64,000 nt of DNA, taken from the NCBI GenBank assembly GCA_036269235.1, contig DATASL010000018.1, positions 82,440 to 146,439 of the forward strand, written 5' to 3'. The notes below the pieces were generated by a model. The model was not told the DNA's origin, did no database searches, and saw only the letters and a list, made by a program, of their open reading frames with translations. The first letter of the stretch is position 1, and the number at the start of each line of letters is the position of its first letter. Position numbers and translations under genes: made by a program. This document shows, piece by piece, positions 48,413 to 57,727 of this stretch. Origin of the DNA: Rhizomicrobium sp. (GTDB lineage Bacteria > Pseudomonadota > Alphaproteobacteria > Micropepsales > Micropepsaceae).

Positions 48413-48790
48413 TTATCGGCTTTCGCAAAGCGCGACATCTGTACACGCGTAGTGCTTGCAAGCCCACGCCGTGAATTGGTGAAATAACCCAAGGTGCTGA
48501 AAGGTGTCTCGATAAACTCCTGATTCGCAGTAGAACCCAATTTCCTCCCGGGAACATTCGCGTCGGATGTCAGCGGAAGCTTCAGCCTCGTCCTTGTTTT
48601 GGATTCCCTTTGGCAAAGTGGCAATAAAGTCCGATAAGAATTCTAGATAACCGCCGTCGGGAATCCAGTCCAGATGATTGGTTGGACACTCCCGCTCTCC
48701 CAAATCCAATCCTTGCCCGTTGACGTCGGTGGATCCAAGGACGGCGATTATAGACGTCGTCGCCGCGTAGAGGATGTTTCGTGCTCTCAT
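48413..48790 (-). CDS. Hypothetical Cys-rich exported protein
   Basis: ATGA overlap with the kinase stop; hydrophobic N-terminus; six Cys; AT-richer codons than neighbours. Confidence 0.55.
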   Translation of the reverse strand: MRARNILYAATTSIIAVLGSTDVNGQGLDLGERECPTNHLDWIPDGGYLEFLSDFIATLPKGIQNKDEAEASADIRRECSREEIGFYCESGVYRDTFQHLGLFHQFTAWACKHYACTDVALCESR

Positions 48791-49785
48791 TGCGCTTCTC
48801 GGTCGTGCCGCGCCACATATTCGTTGAGCGGTGTTTCGGGGCGGCCACCGTAGTGTGAAATGATTTCTGCGGCAGCGAGGCTCGCGAGGCGGCCGCATTC
48901 GGCGAGTGGCAGGTCGCGTGCCAGACCGAAGAGGAATCCCGCCGCATAAAGATCGCCGGCGCCCGTCGTGTCGATGATCTTTGCAACGGGTGCCGCAGCG
49001 ATGCGGAGCTTCTCGATTTTCGTGGCGATGATCGAACCCGCCGCGCCGCAGGTCACGGCGGCGACTTCCACTTCGTCCACGATGCGCGACAGCGCGTCGT
49101 CGAGATTTGTTTCGTACAGCGCCGTGATCTCGTGCTCGTTGGCGAAGAGATAATCGATATGCAGCCGCGTGAGATCGCGGAATTCATCACGATAGCGCTC
49201 CACGCAGAAACTGTCCGACAGCGACAGCGCGACCTTGCGGCCCGCCGCATGCGCGATCTCCGCGGCACGATGGAACGCGGCTTTCGCCTGGGGCGGATCG
49301 TAGAGATAGCCTTCGAGATAGGTGATTTTCGCGGCGCGGATCAACGCTTCGTCCACGTCGTCCGGGGTAAGATTCACGCAGGCGCCAAGAAACGTGTTCA
49401 TGGTGCGTTGGGCGTCTGGCGTGACAAAGATCAGGCAGCGCGCAGTCGCGGGCCCGTCCGATGCGGCCTGCGTCGGAAAATTGACGCCGGCCGCCATGAT
49501 GTCGTGCCGGAAGATTTGTCCGAGCGCGTCGTCTTTGACTTTTCCCATGTAGCCGGTGCGGGCGCCGAGCGAGGCAAGACCGGCAATGGTATTTCCCGCC
49601 GAGCCGCCGGACAGCTGCATGGCTGGCCCCATCTCGGCATAAAGAGCTTCGGCGCGCGCTTCGTCGATCAGCGTCATGCCGCCCTTCTGCATATCGTGGC
49701 GTGCAAGCAATGCGTCATCGGCATGGGCAATGATGTCGACGATGGCATTGCCGATGCCGACAATATCGAGCCCCTCAATATGCAT
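48787..49785 (-). CDS. PfkB family kinase (adenosine kinase-like)
   Basis: GIGNAIVD, GGSAGNT, RTMNTFLGA, FANEHE, DTTGAGDLYAAGFL. Confidence 0.9.
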   Translation of the reverse strand: MHIEGLDIVGIGNAIVDIIAHADDALLARHDMQKGGMTLIDEARAEALYAEMGPAMQLSGGSAGNTIAGLASLGARTGYMGKVKDDALGQIFRHDIMAAGVNFPTQAASDGPATARCLIFVTPDAQRTMNTFLGACVNLTPDDVDEALIRAAKITYLEGYLYDPPQAKAAFHRAAEIAHAAGRKVALSLSDSFCVERYRDEFRDLTRLHIDYLFANEHEITALYETNLDDALSRIVDEVEVAAVTCGAAGSIIATKIEKLRIAAAPVAKIIDTTGAGDLYAAGFLFGLARDLPLAECGRLASLAAAEIISHYGGRPETPLNEYVARHDREAQ

Positions 49786-49822
49786 GCTTCGAACCCCTTC
49801 TCCCCGCATGACCGCACGGCGC

Positions 49823-49848
49823 GGAACGGCTACAATCTTCTGGACGTT
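49823..49848 (+). promoter_or_regulatory. Putative EcfG/sigmaT promoter (GGAAC-N17-CGTT)
   Basis: GGAAC 49823-49827, CGTT 49845-49848; 20 nt upstream of ATG 49869. Confidence 0.65.
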
Positions 49849-49868
49849 CCGAAGTCGGGAGACAAGCG

Positions 49869-50042
49869 ATGGCGCACCCCAAGCCGCAAAAGGACTCCGC
49901 GTCCCGAAAGCGCGATGACGAAGAGCGTCGCATCGACGAGGAAGTCGAGGAATCCTTCCCCGCCAGCGATCCGCCGTCTTATGCCGGCGGCGCGACAGTC
50001 GGCGAACCGAAACGCCCGAAGAACGAAAAGCCGACGTCCTAA
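49869..50042 (+). CDS. Small hydrophilic protein with ESFPASDPP motif (57 aa)
   Basis: Below ORF-track cutoff; SD GGGAG; MAHPKPQKDSASRKRDDEERRIDEEVEESFPASDPPSY... Confidence 0.75.
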   Translation: MAHPKPQKDSASRKRDDEERRIDEEVEESFPASDPPSYAGGATVGEPKRPKNEKPTS

Positions 50043-50096
50043 AGTGTCATTTGTGCGTTATAAGGAACCGGGGAGCCGACACCGAGGGAGTGAAAC

Positions 50097-50264
50097 GTGC
50101 ATCTGGACATCGACATTGTCGCCATTCAGCCGCTGATCGCGCTGATCTTTGGCATCCTCATTCTGATCCTGCCGCGAATCCTCAACTATCTCGTCGCGCT
50201 CTATCTCATCCTGATCGGCCTGGTCGGTCTCTGGCCGCATCTTTTCTCGCATCTGCCACGCTGA
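50097..50264 (+). CDS. DUF3096 family small membrane protein (55 aa)
   Basis: Below cutoff; SD GAGGGAG; IQPLIALIFGILILILPRILNYLVALYLILIGLVGL. Confidence 0.85.
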   Translation: MHLDIDIVAIQPLIALIFGILILILPRILNYLVALYLILIGLVGLWPHLFSHLPR

Positions 50265-50306
50265 AGCGCGCCGCAGCACGCTTCGGCGCGTCCCGTCACA
50301 CGGCGG

Positions 50307-51371
50307 CTATTCCGCCGCGTGACGCGTGGCGCCGGCCGCGTTCATGCGTTCTTCCGCAATGCGGTCCGCGATGGTGCTGGTGGGCGCGCCCTCCTGTTCG
50401 GAGCGGCTGAATATCTGTGCCAGCCTGTCGGCGATCGCGCGCACACGCCGCTCGATTTCCGCATTATTCCACGCGAAGATCTGCCCGGCCACGCAGATCA
50501 CCCCGCCGCCATTGATGACGTAATCCGGCGCGTAAAGAATGCCGCGGGCGGCAAGTGCGGCGCCGTCGGTATCGTGCGCCAGCTGGTTGTTGGCCGCACC
50601 GGCGACGACTCGCGCATACATGTGTGGAATCACCTGCGCGTTCAGGATTGCGCCGAGCGCGTTGGGCGAGAAAATATCGCATTCCACGGTGGCGATCTTG
50701 TCGGCGTCCGCCACCTGCGCGCCAAAGGCGTGAACAGCGCGTTCGACCGCAGGCTGGTGGACATCGGAAACGATCAGCTTTGCACCTTCCTCGTGAAGAT
50801 GATGGGCGAGCTTCATTCCAACCTTGCCAAGACCCTGGATCGCGATGGTGAGCCCTTTGGTCGTGTCGACACCAAGCCGGTGCTTCACGGCGGCTTTCAG
50901 CCCGAGGAATACGCCGAGCGCGGTCATCGGTCCCGAATCGCCGCCCGGTTTTCCCGGCTGGTCGAATCCGGCAGCATGTTTGGTACCGCGCGCGATCACC
51001 TGCATGTCCTGCTGGGTCATGCCGACATCCATGGCAGTGATGTAACGGCCGCCCAGCGTGTTCACGGCGTCCGCAAAGGCAAGCAGCCGGGCTTCGGTTT
51101 TGTCCGTCTCGGGATCCCCGATGAAAACGGCCTTGCCGCCGCCGAGCGGCAGGTCCGCGATGGCATTTTTGTAGCTCATGCCGCGCGACAGGCGCAGCAC
51201 ATCGGTTACTGCCGCGTCATTGTGCTTGTAGGGATAGACCCGCGTGCCGCCGCATGCCGGACCGAGTGCCGTGGAATGCAGGGAGATTATGGCTTTGAGG
51301 CCCGAAGGCTTGTGGTCGAAAAAGGCGACGGTTTCGTGATGATCAAAATCTTCGGCCTCAAAAACACTCAT
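50307..51371 (-). CDS. Leucine dehydrogenase (Glu/Leu/Phe/Val dehydrogenase family)
   Basis: HSTALGPACGGTR, RLSRGMSYKNA, GGGKAV, QGLGKVG, GAANNQL, YAPDYVINGGG. Confidence 0.92.
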   Translation of the reverse strand: MSVFEAEDFDHHETVAFFDHKPSGLKAIISLHSTALGPACGGTRVYPYKHNDAAVTDVLRLSRGMSYKNAIADLPLGGGKAVFIGDPETDKTEARLLAFADAVNTLGGRYITAMDVGMTQQDMQVIARGTKHAAGFDQPGKPGGDSGPMTALGVFLGLKAAVKHRLGVDTTKGLTIAIQGLGKVGMKLAHHLHEEGAKLIVSDVHQPAVERAVHAFGAQVADADKIATVECDIFSPNALGAILNAQVIPHMYARVVAGAANNQLAHDTDGAALAARGILYAPDYVINGGGVICVAGQIFAWNNAEIERRVRAIADRLAQIFSRSEQEGAPTSTIADRIAEERMNAAGATRHAAE

Positions 51372-51580
51372 GGACGTCTCCCTGTCGCGCGCTCCGGTTT
51401 GGGCACGAAATCCCGCGGAACCTACTCTCCGCTTTCTGAAATGGGTTTGCGTTCTTGGGGGCGCTCCCCGCAACAGAGGTGCTGATATCGTCTCGCCGCC
51501 GCAACTTTCGATGGATAATTATTGCTGTCGATTTGCAAATGAGACTGCGTTGCACGGAAAGCGCTTAGCAATTGAAAACA

Positions 51581-51605
51581 GGAACGCCATGAAGGCCGGA
51601 CCGTT
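51581..51605 (+). promoter_or_regulatory. Putative EcfG/sigmaT promoter (GGAAC-N16-CGTT) with no downstream plus-strand gene
   Basis: GGAAC 51581-51585, CGTT 51602-51605. Confidence 0.6.
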
Positions 51606-51611
51606 ATTGAT

Positions 51612-51695
51612 GCATGGTCCGGTTCATCTGAACGGATAATACTGGATCTAACCGGCGGCGGAGATGGCGCGAGCCATACTCCGCCGCTGTTTTAT
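51612..51695 (+). ncRNA. Candidate stress-induced small RNA (~85 nt)
   Basis: EcfG-type promoter, 5' hairpin (51618-51636), long 3' stem GCGGCGGAG-ATGGC-GCGA-GCCAT-A-CTCCGCCGC followed by TGTTTT; both flanking genes on the minus strand. Confidence 0.5.
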
Positions 51696-51707
51696 GGGCT
51701 GGAAGTC

Positions 51708-53774
51708 TCAGTGCGCGAGGGCCCCGATGACGGTGTCCGCGGTGAGTATTTGCGGCAGCACGACTGCGTCGGCCGCGCCGGGGGCGTAATAGAGATAGAG
51801 CGGCACGCCCGAGCGCGCATGGGCCTGCAGCAGAGCCGTGACCTCCGGGTCGCGATTGGTCCAGTCGGCGATCAGGAAGGCGATTTTCCGGTCCGCAAAC
51901 GCGCTGTGTACGCGGCTGTTGTCGAGTGCGACCTTCTCGTTGACAAGGCAGGTGACGCACCACGCCGCGGTGGCATCGACAAACACGCCGCGCTTCTGGC
52001 CCCGCAGAGATTGCAGGCGCGCTTCGCTGTAGCTCTGCGAGGGCATGGCGGCCGCTTCTGCATGCGCGCGGACGGAACCACCGATGCCGACCATCGGCAC
52101 CAGGGCGATGAGTGCGGCGATGGTTGCGGCCGTCACGGCCCAGGTGAGCCAGCCCCAGGCCGGCCGGCCCGATTGCTGGATCGTCCCGATCAGCCATAGG
52201 GCGAAAGCCAGAAGAAGTGCTGTGCCGAGCAAGATGATCAAACCGCCCGCAACCGTCTGGAAGCTCAGCACCCAGGCCAGCCACAGCGCGGTGGCGTACA
52301 TTGGAAAGGCCAGAACCTGTTTGAACACCGACATCCAGGCGCCGGGTTTGGGCAGCAGGCGAAGCAGCGCGGGCGAAAAACCGATGGCGACAAACGGCGC
52401 GGCGAAGCCGATGCCCAAGGCAACAAACACCAGCAATGCAACCAGCACCGGCTGGGTCAGTGCAAAGCCGAGTGCCGCGGCCATGAAAGGCGCCGTACAC
52501 GGTGCGGCCACGGTCACGGCAAGGACGCCGGTGAAGAAGGCACCAATATGCCCCCCACGCCGCGCCAGCGCCTCGCCGGCGCCAAGCCCCGGTACTTCGA
52601 ACACACCGGACAGATTGAGCCCGACCGCAAAAAGCAGCAGCGCGAACGCGGCCACGGTGACCGGCTGCTGCAGCTGGAATCCCCACCCGACCGCCTGCCC
52701 CGCAACGCGCAATGCGACGACGGTTCCGCCGAGCAGCGCGAAGCTCAGCACCGCGCCCGCGCCATAGGCGAGACTTTCGCCCGCGGCTTCATGGGTGCGT
52801 CCGGATTTGCTCGCGATGGCAAGCGCTTTCATCGCCAGGATCGGCAGCACGCAAGGCATCAGATTGAGGATCACGCCGCCCAAGAACGCGAACAGCACCG
52901 CAAGCGGCAGCGAGATGCCATTGTCGGAATTGAAATCCGGCACAGGCCCGGGCGTCGCCGAAATCGTGAGCGCCTGGGTTGGTGCGCCGGCCGATTTCAG
53001 CACCAGAACGCCGTTCAAGGCGCGCAATCCACTGCTGTGCTTGCCCGGCGCGATTTGTAGCGAAAGACCTTGCGGTGATATCTGCCAATGCTGCGGCGCG
53101 ATGCCTTTCACGAAGCCTTCGGTGAACGGAAAGAAATGCGCCTCGAGGGCTTGCGCGTTGCCGAGCCTGGGCGCGGCGACAAACAAATCGAGCGACTGGC
53201 CGAGGCGGAAACGCACCGGCCAGGGCGACGCCACCGGCAGGAGCGCGCGCGCGGCGGCAAATCGTTCCGCCAGCCTTGGATCGGGCTTTCCCGGCGCGGC
53301 GCCGACGGTCAGCGGCAGGGTCAGCGTCGCGTTTTCGGGAACGCAGATCTCCTCGCAGACCAGCCAGTCGACCGCTGCGCGGAGCGTGGCCGCAGAGCCG
53401 GGCTTCGCATCTTTGGGGACGGTGATATCGACCAGCAGCCAGGGCCGGCCTTCATAGCCGTAATCCATCAGAGGCCCGACCGGCAGCTCCTTGGGATAGG
53501 GCCAGGCGATCGGCCCGGCATGCCAGCCGGCCGGCAGCGTCCATACGATCTCGGTCGGCTCGCCCGCCTCGCCCGGATTGCGCCAATAGGTATGCCAGCC
53601 GGGCCGGATATCCTGCTCCAGCGCAACCGTGACCGTCTGCCCCGGCGCGACCGCGCTTTCCTCGGCGATGAGCCGCGCATGCACTTTGGGGGCGGAATCG
53701 ATCTGCGCCGCGGCGGGCGTGAGTGCGCCGCAGGCGAAAAGGATCGCGAAGGTCAGCTGGCGCAGCTGGTGCAT
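51708..53774 (-). CDS. dsbD: Thiol:disulfide interchange protein DsbD family
   Basis: PGWHTYWRNPG, WLVCEEICVP, LNLMPCVLP, APCTAPFM, thioredoxin WCVTC. Confidence 0.88.
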   Translation of the reverse strand: MHQLRQLTFAILFACGALTPAAAQIDSAPKVHARLIAEESAVAPGQTVTVALEQDIRPGWHTYWRNPGEAGEPTEIVWTLPAGWHAGPIAWPYPKELPVGPLMDYGYEGRPWLLVDITVPKDAKPGSAATLRAAVDWLVCEEICVPENATLTLPLTVGAAPGKPDPRLAERFAAARALLPVASPWPVRFRLGQSLDLFVAAPRLGNAQALEAHFFPFTEGFVKGIAPQHWQISPQGLSLQIAPGKHSSGLRALNGVLVLKSAGAPTQALTISATPGPVPDFNSDNGISLPLAVLFAFLGGVILNLMPCVLPILAMKALAIASKSGRTHEAAGESLAYGAGAVLSFALLGGTVVALRVAGQAVGWGFQLQQPVTVAAFALLLFAVGLNLSGVFEVPGLGAGEALARRGGHIGAFFTGVLAVTVAAPCTAPFMAAALGFALTQPVLVALLVFVALGIGFAAPFVAIGFSPALLRLLPKPGAWMSVFKQVLAFPMYATALWLAWVLSFQTVAGGLIILLGTALLLAFALWLIGTIQQSGRPAWGWLTWAVTAATIAALIALVPMVGIGGSVRAHAEAAAMPSQSYSEARLQSLRGQKRGVFVDATAAWCVTCLVNEKVALDNSRVHSAFADRKIAFLIADWTNRDPEVTALLQAHARSGVPLYLYYAPGAADAVVLPQILTADTVIGALAH

Positions 53775-53836
53775 GGCCTGCGCCTATAGCCGGGCCGGTT
53801 CCGGACCGCCAGCCCAACCAACGGATTGTGAGCCGA

Positions 53837-54520
53837 TCAATGCAGTTTCAGGGCGCTGAGGAATTCGCCGAAGCCGCTGCCGAGAATCTGCACACCGATG
53901 CACAGCAGGATGAACGCCGACAGCCGCAAAGCGATGGTCGTGCCGGTATTGCCGAGCACATGGCGGATGCGGTCGGCATAGGCGAAGCAGAGATAGACCA
54001 TCAACGTCAGCACCGCATTGGCAAGCAGCGCGGCGAGATCGAATGCGAGGCGCAGGGGTAGCGGATCGTTGACAGTATGGCTGGTGCCAAGCGCGATCAT
54101 CACCGAGATGGTTCCGGGCCCGGTCGTGAGCGGCATGGTGAAGGGGTAGAACGCCATGCCGGATAGTTGCTCGGGCGAGGGCTGCTGGGCGGCCGCTTCC
54201 TCCTTGTCCGGATCGTCGTCGCCCTGCTGCAACAGCCGCCATGCCGCCGCGGCCACTACAATGCCGCCCGCCACGCGCAGCGCCGAAACCGAGACACCGA
54301 AAAATTCGAGCACATAGCTGCCGACAAGCAGCGAGCCGTTGAGGATCAGGAAGCTGTAGAACGCGATCTTGCGCGCCAGGCGCTCGCGCACGGGATGTCC
54401 GAAATGCCGCGTGATCTCGAGGAAGATGAGCGCGCTGCCGGCGGGGTTGACGATCGGAAACGCCGCCGCGAAGACCAGCACCGCCGCACTGCCGAATCCG
54501 ACCGCAAATGCGGTGCCCAT
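53837..54520 (-). CDS. MarC family membrane protein
   Basis: FPIVNPAG, FFGVS..ALRVAGG, PLTTGPGTIS, RLSAFILLCIGVQI. Confidence 0.9.
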   Translation of the reverse strand: MGTAFAVGFGSAAVLVFAAAFPIVNPAGSALIFLEITRHFGHPVRERLARKIAFYSFLILNGSLLVGSYVLEFFGVSVSALRVAGGIVVAAAAWRLLQQGDDDPDKEEAAAQQPSPEQLSGMAFYPFTMPLTTGPGTISVMIALGTSHTVNDPLPLRLAFDLAALLANAVLTLMVYLCFAYADRIRHVLGNTGTTIALRLSAFILLCIGVQILGSGFGEFLSALKLH

Positions 54521-54600
54521 GTCGAATCGCCTCTGCCGTGCCGGACGATGTTAGATAAACTGCGCCGCGCAAGACAACGGCGCACAGGTTGGAGACAGCA

Positions 54601-55029
54601 TTGACGGACCGCCTGCACCTCGCAATCGAACCGCCCGACGAAGCGGTCGAGGCCGTAATCCATGCGGGCCTGCGCGGCTTCAACCGCGCGGCGATGGCGC
54701 AGTCGGAGCGGCGCCATTTCAACGTGGTGCTGCGCGACGCGGACGGTCAGGTTCGCGGCGGCCTCCTCGCTTCGATCCGTTTCGACGTGATGAACATCCA
54801 GGATCTATTCGTCGAGGAACCCCTTCGCCGCGGCGGCTACGGCGCAAGGCTGATGGCGATGGCAGAAACCGAAGCAAAGAATCGCGGTGTGCAGCTTGCA
54901 TGTGTGATGACGTTGAGCTGGCAGGCGCGGCCCTTCTACGAGAAACAGGGCTATGAAATTTTCGCCGAACTGCCCTATCTGAACGGCACGCACAATCTTT
55001 ACTGGCTCAAGAAACCCCTATGCGCGTAA
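54601..55029 (+). CDS. GNAT N-acetyltransferase
   Basis: GLRGFN, GGL, LFVEEPLRRGGYG, SWQARPFYEKQGY; TTG start after SD GGAG. Confidence 0.85.
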   Translation: MTDRLHLAIEPPDEAVEAVIHAGLRGFNRAAMAQSERRHFNVVLRDADGQVRGGLLASIRFDVMNIQDLFVEEPLRRGGYGARLMAMAETEAKNRGVQLACVMTLSWQARPFYEKQGYEIFAELPYLNGTHNLYWLKKPLCA

Positions 55030-55592
55030 CAGGCGGAAATTTTCGCGGCCGCGCGCTTTCCGGCCCGGACGACGATCGTGTGCGGCCGACGGCGGATCGC
55101 GTGCGCCAGGCTGTTTTCAACATCCTCCTGCACAATGATTTCGGCATCGGCTTTCCGCTGGACGGCGCGCGTGTGGCCGATCTCTTTGCGGGCACCGGCG
55201 CAATGGGTATCGAGGCCCTGTCGCATGGCGCGCGGTTTTGTTTGTTTGTCGACAATTCTGCCGAGTCCCGCGGCCTGCTTCGGCAGAATGTGGAAACATT
55301 CGCGCTGACCGGCGCGACGAAAATCTGGCGACGGGACGCGACGGAGCTGGGCCCGATGTCGGCGGGCGCCGGCGGCCCGTTCGATCTGGTGTTTCTCGAT
55401 CCGCCCTATCGCCAGAATTTGCTGGCACCGGCCCTCGCCTCGCTGCGCGACGGCAAATGGCTGGCGCCGCGCGCACTTCTCGTCGCCGAGCGCGCGCTGG
55501 ATGAAACAATCCCGGCCGTCGAACATTTCGCGCCAACCGATTCGCGCAACTATGGCGACACAGCCATCGACTTTCTCACTTTCGGGCTCTGA
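55020..55592 (+). CDS. rsmD: 16S rRNA (guanine966-N2)-methyltransferase
   Basis: MRVTGG.FRGR, RPTADRVRQAVFNIL, DLFAGTGAMGIEALS, FLDPPY. Confidence 0.95.
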   Translation: MRVTGGNFRGRALSGPDDDRVRPTADRVRQAVFNILLHNDFGIGFPLDGARVADLFAGTGAMGIEALSHGARFCLFVDNSAESRGLLRQNVETFALTGATKIWRRDATELGPMSAGAGGPFDLVFLDPPYRQNLLAPALASLRDGKWLAPRALLVAERALDETIPAVEHFAPTDSRNYGDTAIDFLTFGL

Positions 55593-56257
55593 CCGCCGCG
55601 CGGCGGCACGAACCGGGCAGTGTTTCCCAAAGAAACATCCGCGGAACTCATCATCAGTGTCGCCGATGTCCGGCCTCCGGGACGCGCATTCCAGCTATTG
55701 CGATCCGCTCCCGGCGCGGCGCCAAGAAACAGCGGCTTTTCTTTTCCGTTTCCCTGCTCTTTTCCCTGCACCAGGGAAAGCAGTTCGGCTTTATTTTTCG
55801 GCCTGGGGGGCGCCCCGGCGGACAACAAATTGGTCGCGTGTGCGCTCCGCGCGTCCTCATCCGGCAGCTCGACGAATTGGTGCCACGGATCATCCGGCCA
55901 AAGCATTTCCTCCAGCGAATCTCTTTTGTTTCCCTGCGTTTTTCCCTGCAGCAGGGAAAGCAGCTCCGTTTCGTTTGCTTCGGCGCCTGCGTCCGCCGCT
56001 TCGCTGTCAGCCCTCTCGCACTCCGCATCGATCAAGCCCAGCACCAGACGGCGTGCGGTTGCTTTCCCGGCCACCGCATCGAGTACCGCCCGCTGCGCGA
56101 TGGCCGCGACCACATTCTCCGCCTTCCCGCCCTCGATCTCCTCCACGCGGCCCTCCAGCGCCGCATAAAGCGCCTGCTGAAACCGCAATTTCGCAAGCTT
56201 CGCGGCCCCGGGCGGCGTCCCGCGACCGACAGCAAAGTTGGCAGGGTATTCGGTCAT
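55550..56257 (-). CDS. Hypothetical protein, DUF5681-like N-terminus with internal repeats
   Basis: FAVGRGTPP..; A..G...A helix; repeated ELLSL(L/V)QGK(T/E)QGN; overlaps the rsmD 3' end by 43 bp. Confidence 0.5.
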   Translation of the reverse strand: MTEYPANFAVGRGTPPGAAKLAKLRFQQALYAALEGRVEEIEGGKAENVVAAIAQRAVLDAVAGKATARRLVLGLIDAECERADSEAADAGAEANETELLSLLQGKTQGNKRDSLEEMLWPDDPWHQFVELPDEDARSAHATNLLSAGAPPRPKNKAELLSLVQGKEQGNGKEKPLFLGAAPGADRNSWNARPGGRTSATLMMSSADVSLGNTARFVPPRGGQSPKVRKSMAVSP

Positions 56258-56389
56258 GATCGCCTCACAGGATTCAACCCGGTGCTCATATCACCAAATC
56301 GGACTATTGTCAACCATTTTGGTATATGTCATTATGGTCGTCCCTGAGACGTCGATGCAAACGAGTTGCCTATTTGCTCATTGACGCGA

Positions 56390-56608
56390 TCACATTGCGT
56401 CTGGGCACATGAAATTATGAATGCGATCGCCAGACGGACGACAAAGAGCCGTGCTCCCCCAACCAGGCGCCGTAGCTCCGATATTCAGAAGTTCGCGCTT
56501 GACGACGATGAATGCCAGCGTTGTAGCGAGGCCAGCCGTTACAGCCCGCCAAGTAAAGGCAACCCATATAGCATAGAGCGGGCTCCTGCTCGCTTCCCAG
56601 TCATTCAT
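56390..56608 (-). CDS. Small hypothetical membrane protein, possibly frameshifted
   Basis: SD GGGGAG; one TM segment; a second hydrophobic stretch (LFVVRLAIAFIISCA) lies in another frame after a G-run near 56455-56460. Confidence 0.35.
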   Translation of the reverse strand: MNDWEASRSPLYAIWVAFTWRAVTAGLATTLAFIVVKRELLNIGATAPGWGSTALCRPSGDRIHNFMCPDAM

Positions 56609-56673
56609 GTATCATGCTCCCCAATATAAACAGCGGGGCCAGTAAGTTCTGGGTCTAACCAACTATTAAAGTC

Positions 56674-57504
56674 TCAAGTCACCCCGCGTGTTGAAAACCA
56701 CCAAGCGTTTCCGCTGAGCCAGGCTGTTTCGTCCGGCTGATTGCTTCTCACCAGGGAACGAACGGATGCGTGGCCACCCTTCGCAAGCGCCGTCATCAAG
56801 GCCGTTGAACCCTGCTCGTCGCGAGCACCGATACATGGGATAAAGGCAGCGCCAGATACGATATTCACGGCGTAGCGCTCTTCCGGCGAACGCGTGATCA
56901 TGAGCATCAGTCCCGCGCCGTGGTTTGCGGTAAGAGGGAATAGCAGCCTGCCTCCCGGTTTGAGCGCGTCCAGCCATTCCGCAGGCGGATATGTCGCGCC
57001 GGCATTGACGTAGATGACATCCGACGCAGGCAGTTTCGTTTCCATGGCGGAACGGCCGCAGACTTCAACCTGCGGAAGATCGGCCAGATTGGCAGCGGCC
57101 CGCGCGGCCAGATCGGCCTCAATCTCGAACGCTACGACCGAACCCGTCGGCCCGACGAGGTTCGCCAGGATAGCCGTGTAATAGCCTGTGCCGGCCCCAA
57201 CGTGCAGGACATTTTCCCCGGTGAGCGGCTTCAGCGCGCCTATGCAGCGGGTATGGAGACTCGGTTCCCCATTGTTGATCGTTCGCCGAGCGCAGAGTGC
57301 AACGGGAATGTCCTGATACAGAAAGGCGGGGTCATCGCCGGGCGTCTCGATGTAACCAGCTGCCGTGAAAACCTTCCAGGGTCCGCTGCCGACGAACTTT
57401 GCACGGTCGGTTGCCGCGAATGCCGCTGTGATGACCTCGTTCCTGACTCCGCCCTTGGCGGTCACGAGTTCGGCATAGAACTTTTTGTGCAGGTCGAGCG
57501 TCAT
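56674..57504 (-). CDS. Protein-L-isoaspartate O-methyltransferase (PCMT)-like
   Basis: AF..R..F.G.GPW, INNGEPSLH, VLHVGAGTGYYTAILA, DVIYVNAG, LKPGGRL. Confidence 0.85.
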   Translation of the reverse strand: MTLDLHKKFYAELVTAKGGVRNEVITAAFAATDRAKFVGSGPWKVFTAAGYIETPGDDPAFLYQDIPVALCARRTINNGEPSLHTRCIGALKPLTGENVLHVGAGTGYYTAILANLVGPTGSVVAFEIEADLAARAAANLADLPQVEVCGRSAMETKLPASDVIYVNAGATYPPAEWLDALKPGGRLLFPLTANHGAGLMLMITRSPEERYAVNIVSGAAFIPCIGARDEQGSTALMTALAKGGHASVRSLVRSNQPDETAWLSGNAWWFSTRGVT

Positions 57505-57727
57505 TGTATTCCTCGCAGTGTCATCGCGAGCTTATGCGAAGGACATAAGTCGCGCTATATGCGCGATAGACAGCGCCAATCATCGGAAAACAAGCGACAT
57601 AAAGTCATGCGATGCTCGCCAAATCATGTATAGGAACCGCTTGCAATGTCTGGAGACTCTTTTTTGGGCGCCCGCTGTTCCGGCGCTACAGCTAATGATT
57701 TGCGTCCACAGAGTTTTGTCTGACGCA

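Noticed and set aside
57505-57727. Short ORFs and small palindromes between the PCMT-like and flavoprotein genes
   Set aside because: No coherent coding or RNA signature
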